From the NCBI GenBank assembly GCA_035541995.1, contig DATKMG010000695.1:1-46817 (forward strand): a stretch of 46,817 nucleotides of DNA, written 5' to 3'. The notes beneath the pieces are model-generated. The model was not told the origin of the DNA. It searched no databases and was given only the letters and a program-made list of their open reading frames with translations. This DNA comes from Terriglobia bacterium. Lineage in GTDB: Bacteria > Acidobacteriota > Terriglobia > Versatilivoradales > Versatilivoraceae. Both the position numbers and the translations under genes were made by a program. Position 1 is the stretch's first letter; each line of letters opens with the position of its first letter. Shown in pieces: positions 1 to 9,236 of this stretch.

Positions 1-2
1 TG

Positions 3-200
3 ATGATGAAGGGGCCGTTTCGTGAGTTGATCCCCTTGACCACTCAACATGTCAAGGTCCGACTTCCCCGGGGTAAGAAGCCCAGAAACGTCCAGCTTCT
101 GGTCAGTGGAAAGACTCCCCACACAAGCGAAGTCGCGGGACTCTTGACCGTTCTGGTACCTTCGATTTTGGATCACGAAGTTGTCGCGATTGATTTCTGA
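3..200 (+). CDS. C-terminal fragment of an unidentified protein (5' end lies outside the window)
   Basis: The reading frame is open from the window edge to a stop at 198-200. I recognised no motif. Confidence 0.3.
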   Translation: MMKGPFRELIPLTTQHVKVRLPRGKKPRNVQLLVSGKTPHTSEVAGLLTVLVPSILDHEVVAIDF

Positions 201-363
201 TTTCCTCTTGATTTAGGCAAACGCAAAGGAAGATTCCATTTCCTAGTCGTTCTTCCAGGGTGTTCCTCCCCATTCTGCCGATTGGCACGCCTTCCCATGG
301 ATGTTATGTTTTCAAAGTACAGAGCAATTAGCTCTCACAGGAGAAAAAGCCAGGAGGCATAAA

Positions 364-1299
364 ATGGAATCTACATCGTTGGGGAACAACACAACTTTGG
401 TCGAAGTTTCAGATAGTCTTGCCAGGCATGTTGAACAAGCGCTGCAATCCACCGTGGCTGTGAATGCGCGTGAGCACATGCCTTCAACGGGTGTGCACTG
501 GCAGCAGGGAGTGATCGTAACTGCCGCCCATACCGTTAAGAGAGATGAAGACATCACGGTCTCCCTTCCAGATGGACACACGATAACAGCCAGGTTGGCT
601 GGCTTGGACCTGGGTACCGACCTGGCGGCACTTAGGGTCGATTCCGTGGAACTACCAGTGGCAAAACTGGGGAATTCGTCAACACTCAAGCTGGGTCAAC
701 TTGTATTGGCTGTAGGACACGGAGGCAATAAAGGTCAATTTGCGGGTCTAGGAATTGTGCGTGAATTGGGGGGGGTGTGGCGAACTTGGCGAGGCGCCCA
801 GATTGAAAGGTTCATTCGTCCTGACCTATCTCTCTATCCCGGTTTCTCCGGGAGTGCATTAGTCAACACCCAGGGCTTGGTTGTCGGAATTAACACGACC
901 GGGTTGTCCCGCCGATCGCCTCTGACGATTCCTACCTCTACGGTTCACACCGTCGTTGCAGAGTTGCTCAAAAAGGGGAGAATCGCTCGCGGGTTCCTGG
1001 GTGTGGGACTACAACCGGTCTGCTTGCCCGATTCTCTGAAACACAAACTGAACCTGGCGGGTCAGAATGGTGTCATCTTGCTGGGAGTCGAGCCGGATGG
1101 GCCCGCCGATAAAGCTGGTTTCCTGATCGGCGATGTGTTGCTGAAACTAGACGGTAAGGTGATGGCCGAGATCAGCGACGTGCAGGATATACTAGCCCCT
1201 GAGTATGTTGGCAAGACAATCAAAGCCTCATTGATCCGGGCTGGCAACTCGGTAGAGTGCTCCCTCACCATTGGAGAGCGGCCGGGCAGCAAAGACTAA
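364..1299 (+). CDS. Trypsin-like (S1C/HtrA-type) serine protease with a C-terminal PDZ domain and no signal peptide
   Basis: Catalytic triad contexts are TAAHTV (His), GTDLAAL (Asp) and GFSGSALV (Ser). A PDZ-like segment reads GFLGVGLQPV...GVILLGVEPDGPADKAGFLIGDVLLKLDG. AGGAGG lies a few nt upstream of ATG 364, whereas the ORF-track start at 301 has no SD. There is no N-terminal hydrophobic segment. Confidence 0.8.
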   Translation: MESTSLGNNTTLVEVSDSLARHVEQALQSTVAVNAREHMPSTGVHWQQGVIVTAAHTVKRDEDITVSLPDGHTITARLAGLDLGTDLAALRVDSVELPVAKLGNSSTLKLGQLVLAVGHGGNKGQFAGLGIVRELGGVWRTWRGAQIERFIRPDLSLYPGFSGSALVNTQGLVVGINTTGLSRRSPLTIPTSTVHTVVAELLKKGRIARGFLGVGLQPVCLPDSLKHKLNLAGQNGVILLGVEPDGPADKAGFLIGDVLLKLDGKVMAEISDVQDILAPEYVGKTIKASLIRAGNSVECSLTIGERPGSKD

Positions 1300-1352
1300 T
1301 CGTATTCTTGTCCTCTTGCCTATTGCCTAAGGGGTATGTAGGAAACATCCAA

Positions 1353-1991
1353 GTGATTCGTGTACTGGTTATAGCCGCATCTGATGTCGTCCGTGCCGGG
1401 CTGGAGTCTATGCTCTCGGCAGCCCCTAGTATTTCTGTAGTTGCCAGTGCGACTAAGTTTGAGGCTATTTCCCAGCAAATCGAGGCGTTGCAGCCTGATG
1501 TGGTCCTGGTTGAATCGCCTGCCGATGAGGCCCCGTCGGTCTTGCTTGATCTCAGTTCAAGAATGTCCAATCTAGCGGTTGTTTTGTTGGCGGACGACTC
1601 CGATGGCCGCAAATCGCTGGACGTGTTGCGTGCCGGAGTCCTGGCGCTACTACCACACCACTCCACCGCAGGCGAGATCGTTGGTGCCATTCAAGCAGCG
1701 GCCGCTGGCCTGATCGTCCTTCATCCGGAAGGCCTCGAGGCAATCCTTGCCACTGCTCCGTTCCTTCAATATCCTGCGCCCGCTGGGAATGACCAGGTCC
1801 CAACACCGAGAGAAATTGAAGTCCTGAGACTCATAGCAGAGGGTCTGGGCAACAAGGAGATCGCATGGCGCCTGTCGATTTCCGAACACACTGTCAAGTT
1901 TCATATCGCCTCGATCTTCAGCAAACTCCATGCTGCTACTCGGACAGAAGCGGTCACCATTGGACTCCGGCGGGGCTTGATCATGATTTGA
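1353..1991 (+). CDS. LuxR/NarL-family transcription regulator with a degenerate (pseudo-)receiver domain
   Basis: The C-terminal LuxR HTH reads TPREIEVLRLIAEGLGNKEIAWRLSISEHTVKFHIASIFSKL. The N-terminal CheY-like fold begins VIRVLVIAASD. A GTG at 1353 preceded by AGGAAA is the likely start, because the ORF-track start at 1257 overlaps the upstream protease gene. Confidence 0.75.
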   Translation: MIRVLVIAASDVVRAGLESMLSAAPSISVVASATKFEAISQQIEALQPDVVLVESPADEAPSVLLDLSSRMSNLAVVLLADDSDGRKSLDVLRAGVLALLPHHSTAGEIVGAIQAAAAGLIVLHPEGLEAILATAPFLQYPAPAGNDQVPTPREIEVLRLIAEGLGNKEIAWRLSISEHTVKFHIASIFSKLHAATRTEAVTIGLRRGLIMI

Positions 1992-2025
1992 TCTAGAGAA
2001 ATTCACATAGTTCAGAGACAATTAT

Positions 2026-2463
2026 ATGATTGCATCTTCACAAGCAGCCAGGAAGGCAGCCGTTACTGAAACCGAGTCGATGGATGCCTATTCCCAAGCC
2101 GTAATTAGCGCCTGTGAAAGAGCCAGCCCCTCGGTGGTGAATATCGTCATACACCAGCCAATGCGCAGGAGCGGGCCGGAGTCCTCACGCTCCTCTCGAG
2201 AAGTAACAGGGAATGGATCCGGTTTTATTTTCACGCCTGACTGGTTCATTCTGACCAATAGTCACGTGGTGCATCATTCCACCCGGATCGAAGTAGGTCT
2301 CGCGGATGGACATCGATTTCCGGCTGAGTTGGTGGGTGAGGACCCCGACACCGACTTGGCTGTGCTCCGAATACAGTCATCCAAATTAACGCCTGTCGAC
2401 CTTGGAGACTCGCAATGTGGTCTTCCTTTCACAAGCTGTAACAAATCCCGCCGGAAATGCTAG
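2026..2463 (+). pseudogene. Truncated HtrA-like protease paralogue (His and Asp regions only; Ser region and PDZ missing)
   Basis: It contains GSGFIFTPDWFILTNSHVV (His) and DPDTDLAVLRI (Asp). Similarity ends after LGDSQ and a stop follows at 2461-2463. The next gene, the aldo/keto reductase, starts at 2510. Confidence 0.6.
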
Positions 2464-2509
2464 AATTTCAGACCATGGTGTCGTTGAATTCGCGTCGGAG
2501 AAAACAGCT

Positions 2510-3478
2510 ATGGAGAGTCTTCGACCCTTAGGTCGCTCGCCCATCGTTCTTTCCGCCATCGGTTTGGGATGTTGGCAATTTTCTGAAGGACATGGATTTG
2601 CAGGACGTTATTGGCCCTCCCTGCCTCAGGAAACGGTGAATCAGATTGTCAAGGCCAGCCTCATTGGCGGAATCACTTGGTTTGACACTGCGGAAGTCTA
2701 CGGTAGAGGGCGTTCCGAGGCGGCTCTTGCCAGGGCACTGATGGCCGCGGGCAGTAAGAACGGCGATGTGGTGATCGCTACCAAGTGGTGGCCCATCCTG
2801 CGCGCGGCTGGTAGTATCAAGGCGACAATCTCTGAACGCCTCGATCGTCTCGCTCCGTTTGAGATTGACCTGTACCAGGTCCATCAGCCGTTTGCCCTGG
2901 CTTCGACCATTGCTCAAATGCAAGCCATGGCTGATCTCGTCGCCGGGAATAAGATTCGCACGGTGGGTGTGAGCAACTTCTCAGCTGGTAAGATGCGTGC
3001 CGCACATCAGGCACTCACGGCAAGAGGAATCCCACTCGTTTCCAATCAGGTGCCTTACAGCCTTCTGAACCGCAAAATCGAGACCAACGGGGTGTTGCAA
3101 GCCGCCAGGGAACTCGGTACTACAATCATCGCTTACTCGCCGCTTGCTCAAGGGATTCTCTCAGGGAAATTCCACCAGGATCCCAACCTTATTCGCTCCC
3201 GACCAGGCCCAAGGAAATGGATGACGGCCTTTCAGCGCGAAGGTCTCGAACGCAGCCGACCCCTGGTAACAGCCCTCAACGAAATTGCTCGGCAATACGG
3301 TGCCACTGCATCACAAGTGGCCCTGAATTGGCTGGTACATTCCAGCGGAGACACGGTCGTGGCTATCCCCGGGGCCACCAGTGCCACACAGGCAGCGGAA
3401 AACGCTGGTGCACTCGGCTTCCGGCTTACCGCAAGTGAACAAAAGCGGCTCGAGGAACTTTCGAGACAATTCCGATGA
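2510..3478 (+). CDS. Aldo/keto reductase family oxidoreductase
   Basis: AKR hallmarks are LGCWQF, FDTAEVYGRGRSE, VATKWWP, IDLYQVHQP, GVSNFS and YSPLAQGILSGK. ATG 2510 is preceded by GGAG. The ORF-track N-terminal extension overlaps the protease remnant. Confidence 0.85.
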   Translation: MESLRPLGRSPIVLSAIGLGCWQFSEGHGFAGRYWPSLPQETVNQIVKASLIGGITWFDTAEVYGRGRSEAALARALMAAGSKNGDVVIATKWWPILRAAGSIKATISERLDRLAPFEIDLYQVHQPFALASTIAQMQAMADLVAGNKIRTVGVSNFSAGKMRAAHQALTARGIPLVSNQVPYSLLNRKIETNGVLQAARELGTTIIAYSPLAQGILSGKFHQDPNLIRSRPGPRKWMTAFQREGLERSRPLVTALNEIARQYGATASQVALNWLVHSSGDTVVAIPGATSATQAAENAGALGFRLTASEQKRLEELSRQFR

Positions 3479-3490
3479 TGGCTCCATTCT

Positions 3491-3676
3491 CTCACCACAA
3501 AGACACAAAGACACTAAGGTTAACCCGATGACGTCGGTTTACCGCAGCTCATGGTCCTCTTCACTCTTGTCATGCTCTTTCAGACTGACTGAACAATCGA
3601 AAGAAAGATACCCAACATCTCCCGGCCGGCCGGGTTCTAGGGTTTTTTCTTTGTGTCTTTGCGCCTTAGTGGTGAG
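3491..3676. repeat. Copy 1 of a ~175-190 bp element bounded by imperfect terminal inverted repeats built from CTCACCAC plus AAAGACAC-type octamers
   Basis: The left end is ctcaccacaaagacacaaagacactaagg (from 3491). The right end is ttctttgtgtctttgcgccttagtggtgag (to 3676), and its terminal gtggtgag is the exact reverse complement of ctcaccac. The same ends recur at 28969-29142. The interior holds the palindrome cccggccggccggg (3621-3634) followed by a T6 run (3643-3648). Confidence 0.6.
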
Positions 3677-4373
3677 AATCAGGGGCTAATTTCGTCGCCG
3701 CTGAACGGTCGGCAAGCACCAGGGCTTGTTCGCGGGCGATCCTCCCCGCCGGCATCGACATGTCGCCGTCGCGAAGACGGCTCAACATTCCAGCCTTCTC
3801 ACTCCCGGTCACCAGCCATAAGATGCTCCGGGACCGATTCAAGATTGGAAAGGTCAAAGTCATCCGTCGCCTTCCGTTGTATTCCCCCGTCAATGCCACT
3901 TCTCTATCGGCAACGTCCAGGACCGGATCTCCGGGTACGAGTGATGCGGTATGGCCGTCGGTCCCAAGACCAAGATGGGCGAGGTCTAGCACCGGGGGTG
4001 AGCCGGCGAGCTCCTGAAGGGTCAAGGCATAACGATTGGCTGCAGCCTCCAGGTCGGGCGATTCCACCGGCATGGCATAGATCTGCTCGGGGCTTAATGG
4101 AGAATGTTCGAGCAGGCTCTCGCGCAGGTGGGTGAGGTTGCGGTCCGGGTCCCCCGCCGGGGCTGCTCGTTCGTCTACCTGGACAATCTGCACGCCCTCC
4201 CAAGGAACCTCTTTGCCCGCCAGTGCACGCAGCATGAGCCAGGGCGTATGGCCGCCACTGACGGCCACAATGAAACGGCCGCGTGCGGCCACCGATGCCC
4301 TTGCTGTTGCGGCAAGGATCTCGGCGGCTCTTTGGGCCACCAACTCGGCATTGGCAAGTACATCAATTCTCAT
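3666..4373 (-). CDS. pgl: 6-phosphogluconolactonase
   Basis: Motifs are FIVAVSGGHTP, VQVDERAAP and LGLGTDGHTASL. It lies directly downstream of gnd. ATG 4373 (MRIDVLANAELVAQRAAEIL) gives a typical N-terminus. An alternative GTG at 4412 abuts the gnd stop. Confidence 0.85.
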   Translation of the reverse strand: MRIDVLANAELVAQRAAEILAATARASVAARGRFIVAVSGGHTPWLMLRALAGKEVPWEGVQIVQVDERAAPAGDPDRNLTHLRESLLEHSPLSPEQIYAMPVESPDLEAAANRYALTLQELAGSPPVLDLAHLGLGTDGHTASLVPGDPVLDVADREVALTGEYNGRRRMTLTFPILNRSRSILWLVTGSEKAGMLSRLRDGDMSMPAGRIAREQALVLADRSAATKLAPDSHH

Positions 4374-4412
4374 ACCAGATCTTTGAAAAAGTCCAAGTCC
4401 ACGAATTCCCAC

Positions 4413-5429
4413 TTATTTCCTGGATTTTTCCAGGTGCCCGCCAAACTGGAACCGCAGAGCCGACAGCAGCTTGTCTGCAAACTCCGCCTCACCACGGGAA
4501 CTAAAACGCTCATAGAGGGCGGCCGTCAGGACGTGAGCGGGCACAGCCTCGTCGATGGCGGCCTTGATCGTCCAACGCCCCTCGCCCGAATCTGAGACCC
4601 GGCCCGCAAACCCGGACAGAGACGGGTCCTCGAGCAAGGCAGTAGCTGTCAGATCCAGCAACCAGGAGGCGACGACGCTGCCGCGCCGCCACACCTCTGT
4701 GATGTCGCGTAAATTGAGGTCGTATCGATAGTGTTCGGGCTCGCGTAATGGGGTTGTTTCAGCGTCGACTGCATGCTCCTGCTTGCCGACATTAGCCGCC
4801 TGCAAGATGCTTAGACCTTCGGCATAGGAAGCCATCAGACCGTACTCGATCCCGTTGTGTACCATCTTGACAAAGTGACCTGCCCCGTTCGGACCGCAGT
4901 GCAAGTAACCCTGCTCGGCAGTACCGCCGATTTTCTCGCGGCCCGGCGTGCGCGGCACGTCACCCCGGCCGGGAGCCAGGCTGGCGAAGATTGGATCCAG
5001 GTGTTTGACCACCTCTGCCTCGCCTCCAATCATCATGCAGTACCCTCGTTCCAGCCCCCAGACTCCCCCGCTAGTTCCCACGTCCACATAGTGAACCTTT
5101 TTGGCTGAGAGCTCTTTTGCGCGTCGGAGGTCATCGACATAGTAAGAATTGCCGCCGTCAATCAAGATGTCCCCTGCCTCAATGAAGGGCAAGAGACTGG
5201 CAATTGTCTTGTCCACGACAGCTGCGGGAACCATTAACCAGACTGCCCGCGGTTTTTCCAGTTTCTTCGCAAGGTCTTGGAGAGAGGAAGCACCAGTAGC
5301 CTTCTCCATTACCATTTCTTCCACTGCCTTCGGTGACATGTCAAAGACCACACACCGGTGGCCTCCCTTCAGAAGGCGGCGCACCATGTTGGCCCCCATC
5401 CTGCCAAGACCTACCATTCCGAGTTGCAT
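4413..5429 (-). CDS. gnd: 6-phosphogluconate dehydrogenase, decarboxylating (short ~340-aa form)
   Basis: The N-terminal Rossmann motif is [19 protein letters not shown]. Other motifs are [17 protein letters not shown] and [22 protein letters not shown] lies upstream of the ATG. Confidence 0.85.
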   Translation of the reverse strand: MQLGMVGLGRMGANMVRRLLKGGHRCVVFDMSPKAVEEMVMEKATGASSLQDLAKKLEKPRAVWLMVPAAVVDKTIASLLPFIEAGDILIDGGNSYYVDDLRRAKELSAKKVHYVDVGTSGGVWGLERGYCMMIGGEAEVVKHLDPIFASLAPGRGDVPRTPGREKIGGTAEQGYLHCGPNGAGHFVKMVHNGIEYGLMASYAEGLSILQAANVGKQEHAVDAETTPLREPEHYRYDLNLRDITEVWRRGSVVASWLLDLTATALLEDPSLSGFAGRVSDSGEGRWTIKAAIDEAVPAHVLTAALYERFSSRGEAEFADKLLSALRFQFGGHLEKSRK

Positions 5430-5608
5430 ACTTAACTCCTCTCTAGTGGGTGGACATTCTTCGAGAACCGCAGCGGCATGATGGCGCTCCTTCCCCTGAG
5501 AGCCCGGTCCGGGGAAAGGAAATTAGCCCAAGACCAGCGAGGGGTAGGAGCTAGAAACCGACGTCCCCCAAGCGCCGCGCCGGGTCGCGGTTTTCAAATC
5601 CGAAACTA

Positions 5609-7252
5609 TCAGGAGCTCTCCTTGAGTCCCCGGTAGCGACGGATCAGGTTATTGGTGGAGCTGTCATGGCTGAGAGTCGGTTCTACCTTACTTTCCAGTT
5701 CCTGGATTATCCGTTGGGCCAATACTTTGCCTAGCTCGACACCCCATTGGTCGAACGAGTCGATATTCCAAATGGTACCTTGGGTAAAAACCGAGTGCTC
5801 GTAGAGAGCAACCAGCTTGCCCAGCGCCTCAGGCGTGAGCCGTTCAACAAGGATTGTGTTAGAGGGGCGGTTGCCCTCGAAGACCCGGTGAGGGACAAGC
5901 CAATCCGGCGTTCCCTCGGCCTTGACTTGCTCAGTATTTTTGCCGAAGGCCAGTGCCTCAGTCTGTGCACACACGTTCGCTATCAGCATGTCGTGATGCC
6001 GGCCGATCGGATTGAGTGTTTGAGCAAATGCAATGAAGTCACAAGGGACAAGCCGGGTCCCCTGATGGATCAACTGGTAGAAAGAGTGCTGACCGTTGGT
6101 TCCCGGCTCTCCCCAGTAGATAGGTCCGGTCGGGTAATCGACCTCGGTCCCATCGAGCGTTACGTGTTTGCCGTTACTCTCCATCGTCAATTGTTGCAGA
6201 TAGGCCGGAAATCGTTTCAGGTATTGCTCATAGGGCAAGACCGCAATAGTCTGTGTCCCGAAGAAGTTGTTGTACCACACGGCCAGGAGGCCCAGGAGCA
6301 CGGGCAGGTTCTGCTCCAAAGGAGCAGTCCGGAAGTGCTCGTCCATCTGGTGGAAGCCGCCCAGCATGGCCCGAAAGTTTTCCGGGCCGATGGCAATCAT
6401 CGTTGAGAGACCAATGGCCGAGTCCATGGAGTACCGCCCCCCGACCCAGTCCCAGAACCCGAACATGTTGGCAGTGTCGATGCCGAACTCAGACACCTTG
6501 GAGGCATTTGTCGAGACCGCGACGAAATGACGGGCTACCGCCTTGACATTGTTTCCGAGTCCCTTAAGAAACCAGTCCCTAGCACTTTGAGCATTGGTCA
6601 TCGTCTCCAGCGTCGTAAAGGTTTTTGAAGAGACAATGAAAAGGGTCTCCGATGGATCGAGAGCGCGAACAGTTTCTGCGAGGTCCGTGCCATCGATGTT
6701 TGAAACGAAGTGGAAGGTCAGGGCGCGTTCGCTGTAATGCTTGAGCGCCTCGTAGGCCATCACCGGCCCCAGATCAGAGCCGCCGATGCCAATGTTGACC
6801 ACGTTGCGAATGGGCTTGCCGGTGTGACCTTTCCAGGCGCCGCTCCGGACGCGGTTGGCGAAGCCGGCCATCTTGTCGAGAACAGCGTGAACCTGGGGCA
6901 CCACATTCTCTCCGTCCACAAGGATGGATGCCTCTTTCGGGGCGCGCAGGGCCACGTGCAGGACAGCTCGTCTTTCCGTGATATTGATCTTCTCACCCCG
7001 GAACATGGCCTCGATCCGTGCCTGCAGACCAGACTCCTTGGCTAGTTGAATCAGGATCTGGAGTGTCTCGTCCGTAATTCGATTCTTCGAGTAATCTAGA
7101 TAGATGCCCGGGGCTTCGGCCGTCATCCGCTCGCCGCGCCCGGGATCCGCGGCGAACAGATTTCTGAGATGCAAGTCTCGCACTTTCTGATAGTGAGTTT
7201 CAAGAGACCTCCATGCCTGACGCCGGGTGAGTGGCGCTATTACTGTCGCCAT
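5609..7252 (-). CDS. pgi: Glucose-6-phosphate isomerase
   Basis: It is a 547-aa PGI with [25 protein letters not shown] and [20 protein letters not shown] lies upstream of ATG 7252. Confidence 0.9.
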   Translation of the reverse strand: MATVIAPLTRRQAWRSLETHYQKVRDLHLRNLFAADPGRGERMTAEAPGIYLDYSKNRITDETLQILIQLAKESGLQARIEAMFRGEKINITERRAVLHVALRAPKEASILVDGENVVPQVHAVLDKMAGFANRVRSGAWKGHTGKPIRNVVNIGIGGSDLGPVMAYEALKHYSERALTFHFVSNIDGTDLAETVRALDPSETLFIVSSKTFTTLETMTNAQSARDWFLKGLGNNVKAVARHFVAVSTNASKVSEFGIDTANMFGFWDWVGGRYSMDSAIGLSTMIAIGPENFRAMLGGFHQMDEHFRTAPLEQNLPVLLGLLAVWYNNFFGTQTIAVLPYEQYLKRFPAYLQQLTMESNGKHVTLDGTEVDYPTGPIYWGEPGTNGQHSFYQLIHQGTRLVPCDFIAFAQTLNPIGRHHDMLIANVCAQTEALAFGKNTEQVKAEGTPDWLVPHRVFEGNRPSNTILVERLTPEALGKLVALYEHSVFTQGTIWNIDSFDQWGVELGKVLAQRIIQELESKVEPTLSHDSSTNNLIRRYRGLKESS

Positions 7253-7428
7253 ATTTGTCCTCCTTTTGTTTCCTCAGCGAAGACGTCCCAACAAGAAATT
7301 TCAACGGCTGAAAAAAAGCACAAACATCTCTCCTCCCGGCTTCTTGGCATTGCCCCATCCTTTTCTGATAGAAGATTCTGCGGCCTATATTGTTTTGGCC
7401 GAGTGAAGGCCATCCCGAGGCTCCTTTT

Positions 7429-8514
7429 CTAGCCCGTTGCCTTAAACGTGTCGCATTTCGACTTGATCACTTCCATCAGCTCATTCCAGGATTTGGCAAA
7501 CGACTTTGCTCCCTCGGTCTGAAGCTGGGAAGCCAAGGCATCGACGTCGATGCCAGCCCGGGCAAACTGCGCTAGGACTTCCTCGCAGTCGCCGCCATCT
7601 GCTGACATGACTGTACTCACCTCTTCGTGTTCAGCAAGGGCCTTCAAGGTGCTCTCGGGCATTGTGTTCACGGTGAGAGGCGCGACCAGTGCATCAATGT
7701 AAAGAACGGCGGAGGCCTTGGGGTCCTTGGTTCCTGTGCTGGCCCAAAGCAGGCGTTGCGGACGGGCCCCGGCATTGTAGGCGTGCTGCCAGCGAGGGGA
7801 GTTGAGCAATTCACGGTATGCCACATACGCGCGCTTGGCGATGGCAATGCCCAGTCGGTTGCTCAGCAGTTCGGGTACCTTGCCTGCGATTGCGACATCC
7901 CAGCGGCTCACGAACAGCGAGGCTACGGAACTGACATCGGGCTTGAGCCCAGCGTCGATGCGCCGCTCAATGCCCCTTAGGAATGCCTCCGCAGCCGCCA
8001 CGTATTGCTCGCGCGAGAACAAGAGAGTTACATTTATCGGTATGCCAGCAAAAATCGCCTCCTCAATAGCAGGCAGGCCTTCCCTGGTGCCGGGGATCTT
8101 GATGAACAGATTAGGTCGTCCTGCCCGGCCAAACAGGTCCTTAGCGGCGGCGAGGGTACTGGCCGTGTCATATGCGAGCAGGGGCGATACTTCCAAGGAA
8201 ACCCATCCGTCCACACCGTTCGTTTGGTCATGGATAAGCCGGAATAGGTCGGCGGCCCGGGTTATGTCCTCGAGTGCCAGTTCGAAGAACAACGCCTCTC
8301 CCGATTTGCCCTGTTTGAGCCTTTCGCGGATGGATGCGTCATAAGCGGCACTGTTCTTGATGGCATGGTCGAAAATCGTCGGATTCGACGTGAGCCCTGT
8401 AACCGACAGCTCAGTGATGTAGCGTTTTAGAGTGCCGCTGTTCAGAAGATCACGGGTGATATTGTCGAGCCAGAGACTTTGGCCCAGATTGTGAAGCAAT
8501 TGTGTCGCTTTCAA
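7429..8514 (-). CDS. tal: Transaldolase
   Basis: Motifs are SLWLDNITRDLL, GLTSNPTIF, LFIKIPGT and NVTLLFS. The start is a TTG at 8514, preceded by GGAGGTG about 6 nt upstream. Confidence 0.85.
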   Translation of the reverse strand: MKATQLLHNLGQSLWLDNITRDLLNSGTLKRYITELSVTGLTSNPTIFDHAIKNSAAYDASIRERLKQGKSGEALFFELALEDITRAADLFRLIHDQTNGVDGWVSLEVSPLLAYDTASTLAAAKDLFGRAGRPNLFIKIPGTREGLPAIEEAIFAGIPINVTLLFSREQYVAAAEAFLRGIERRIDAGLKPDVSSVASLFVSRWDVAIAGKVPELLSNRLGIAIAKRAYVAYRELLNSPRWQHAYNAGARPQRLLWASTGTKDPKASAVLYIDALVAPLTVNTMPESTLKALAEHEEVSTVMSADGGDCEEVLAQFARAGIDVDALASQLQTEGAKSFAKSWNELMEVIKSKCDTFKATG

Positions 8515-8580
8515 AGTGTCACCTCCGTGTATGGAAAAGAAACCGACCTCGAGGTCGATCCCACCCGAACTCGAATCGAG

Positions 8581-9180
8581 TCAGGGTCCCACATGATGAT
8601 CGTCATTCCACAACCAGACCACCGGTTGGGAGAGACTTCTTTCATAGCCCAACGCGCTCAGACTTGCGGTGCTCAGCATGTAGTGCTTGCAGGCAGACGA
8701 CGGTTCGAGCCCGAGCCAGCGGGCGGTCAATACTCGGATAAAATGTCCGCTCGAGAAAAGCAAGACGTCCCCCTGGACGGCGCGCACGCGGGCGACGACG
8801 CGGTCAGCCCGGGCTCCAACCTGACCTGGGGTTTCACCTCCAGGGCTGCCGTCACGAAACAGCTGCCAGTCGGGGCGCTCCTTTAGAATGTCCACTGTGC
8901 AGCGTCCTTCATAATCACCGTAGTTCCACTCTACCAAGTCATGATCGACTTCAGCCATGCCCCCGAAACCGGCCAGTTCGCACGTCCGCGCAGCGCGCTG
9001 TAGGGGACTGGTGAAGACCTTAGCAAATGCCATTCCCTTCAGCCGATCTCCCAGACGTCGGGCGTTACGCTCGCCTCGCTCAGTCAGGGGCAGGTCGGTA
9101 AGCCCCGTGTGCTGACCTGTGAGGCTCCAGGCGGTCTCTCCATGCCTGGCTAAGTAAACCACTGGGAGGTTATCGTTCAT
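8581..9180 (-). CDS. Histidine phosphatase (phosphoglycerate mutase-like) family protein
   Basis: The RHGET motif occurs in VVYLARHGETAWSLTGQHTGLTDLPLTERGE, and a later SSGHFIRV supplies the second His. ATG 9180 (MNDNLPVVYL) is preferred over the ORF-track start at 9210. Confidence 0.75.
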   Translation of the reverse strand: MNDNLPVVYLARHGETAWSLTGQHTGLTDLPLTERGERNARRLGDRLKGMAFAKVFTSPLQRAARTCELAGFGGMAEVDHDLVEWNYGDYEGRCTVDILKERPDWQLFRDGSPGGETPGQVGARADRVVARVRAVQGDVLLFSSGHFIRVLTARWLGLEPSSACKHYMLSTASLSALGYERSLSQPVVWLWNDDHHVGP

Positions 9181-9236
9181 GAGACTTAGATAACACCTAT
9201 AACACAACAATCACCGCCTGCTCAAGTGCAAGCGGT

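Noticed and set aside
3653-8344. Antisense or alternative-frame ORFs across the PPP genes (3653..4135 +, 4104..4595 +, 5747..6406 +, 6710..7045 +, 7802..8344 +).
   Set aside because: Each lies entirely inside a confidently identified enzyme gene on the opposite strand. None has a recognisable domain or an SD.
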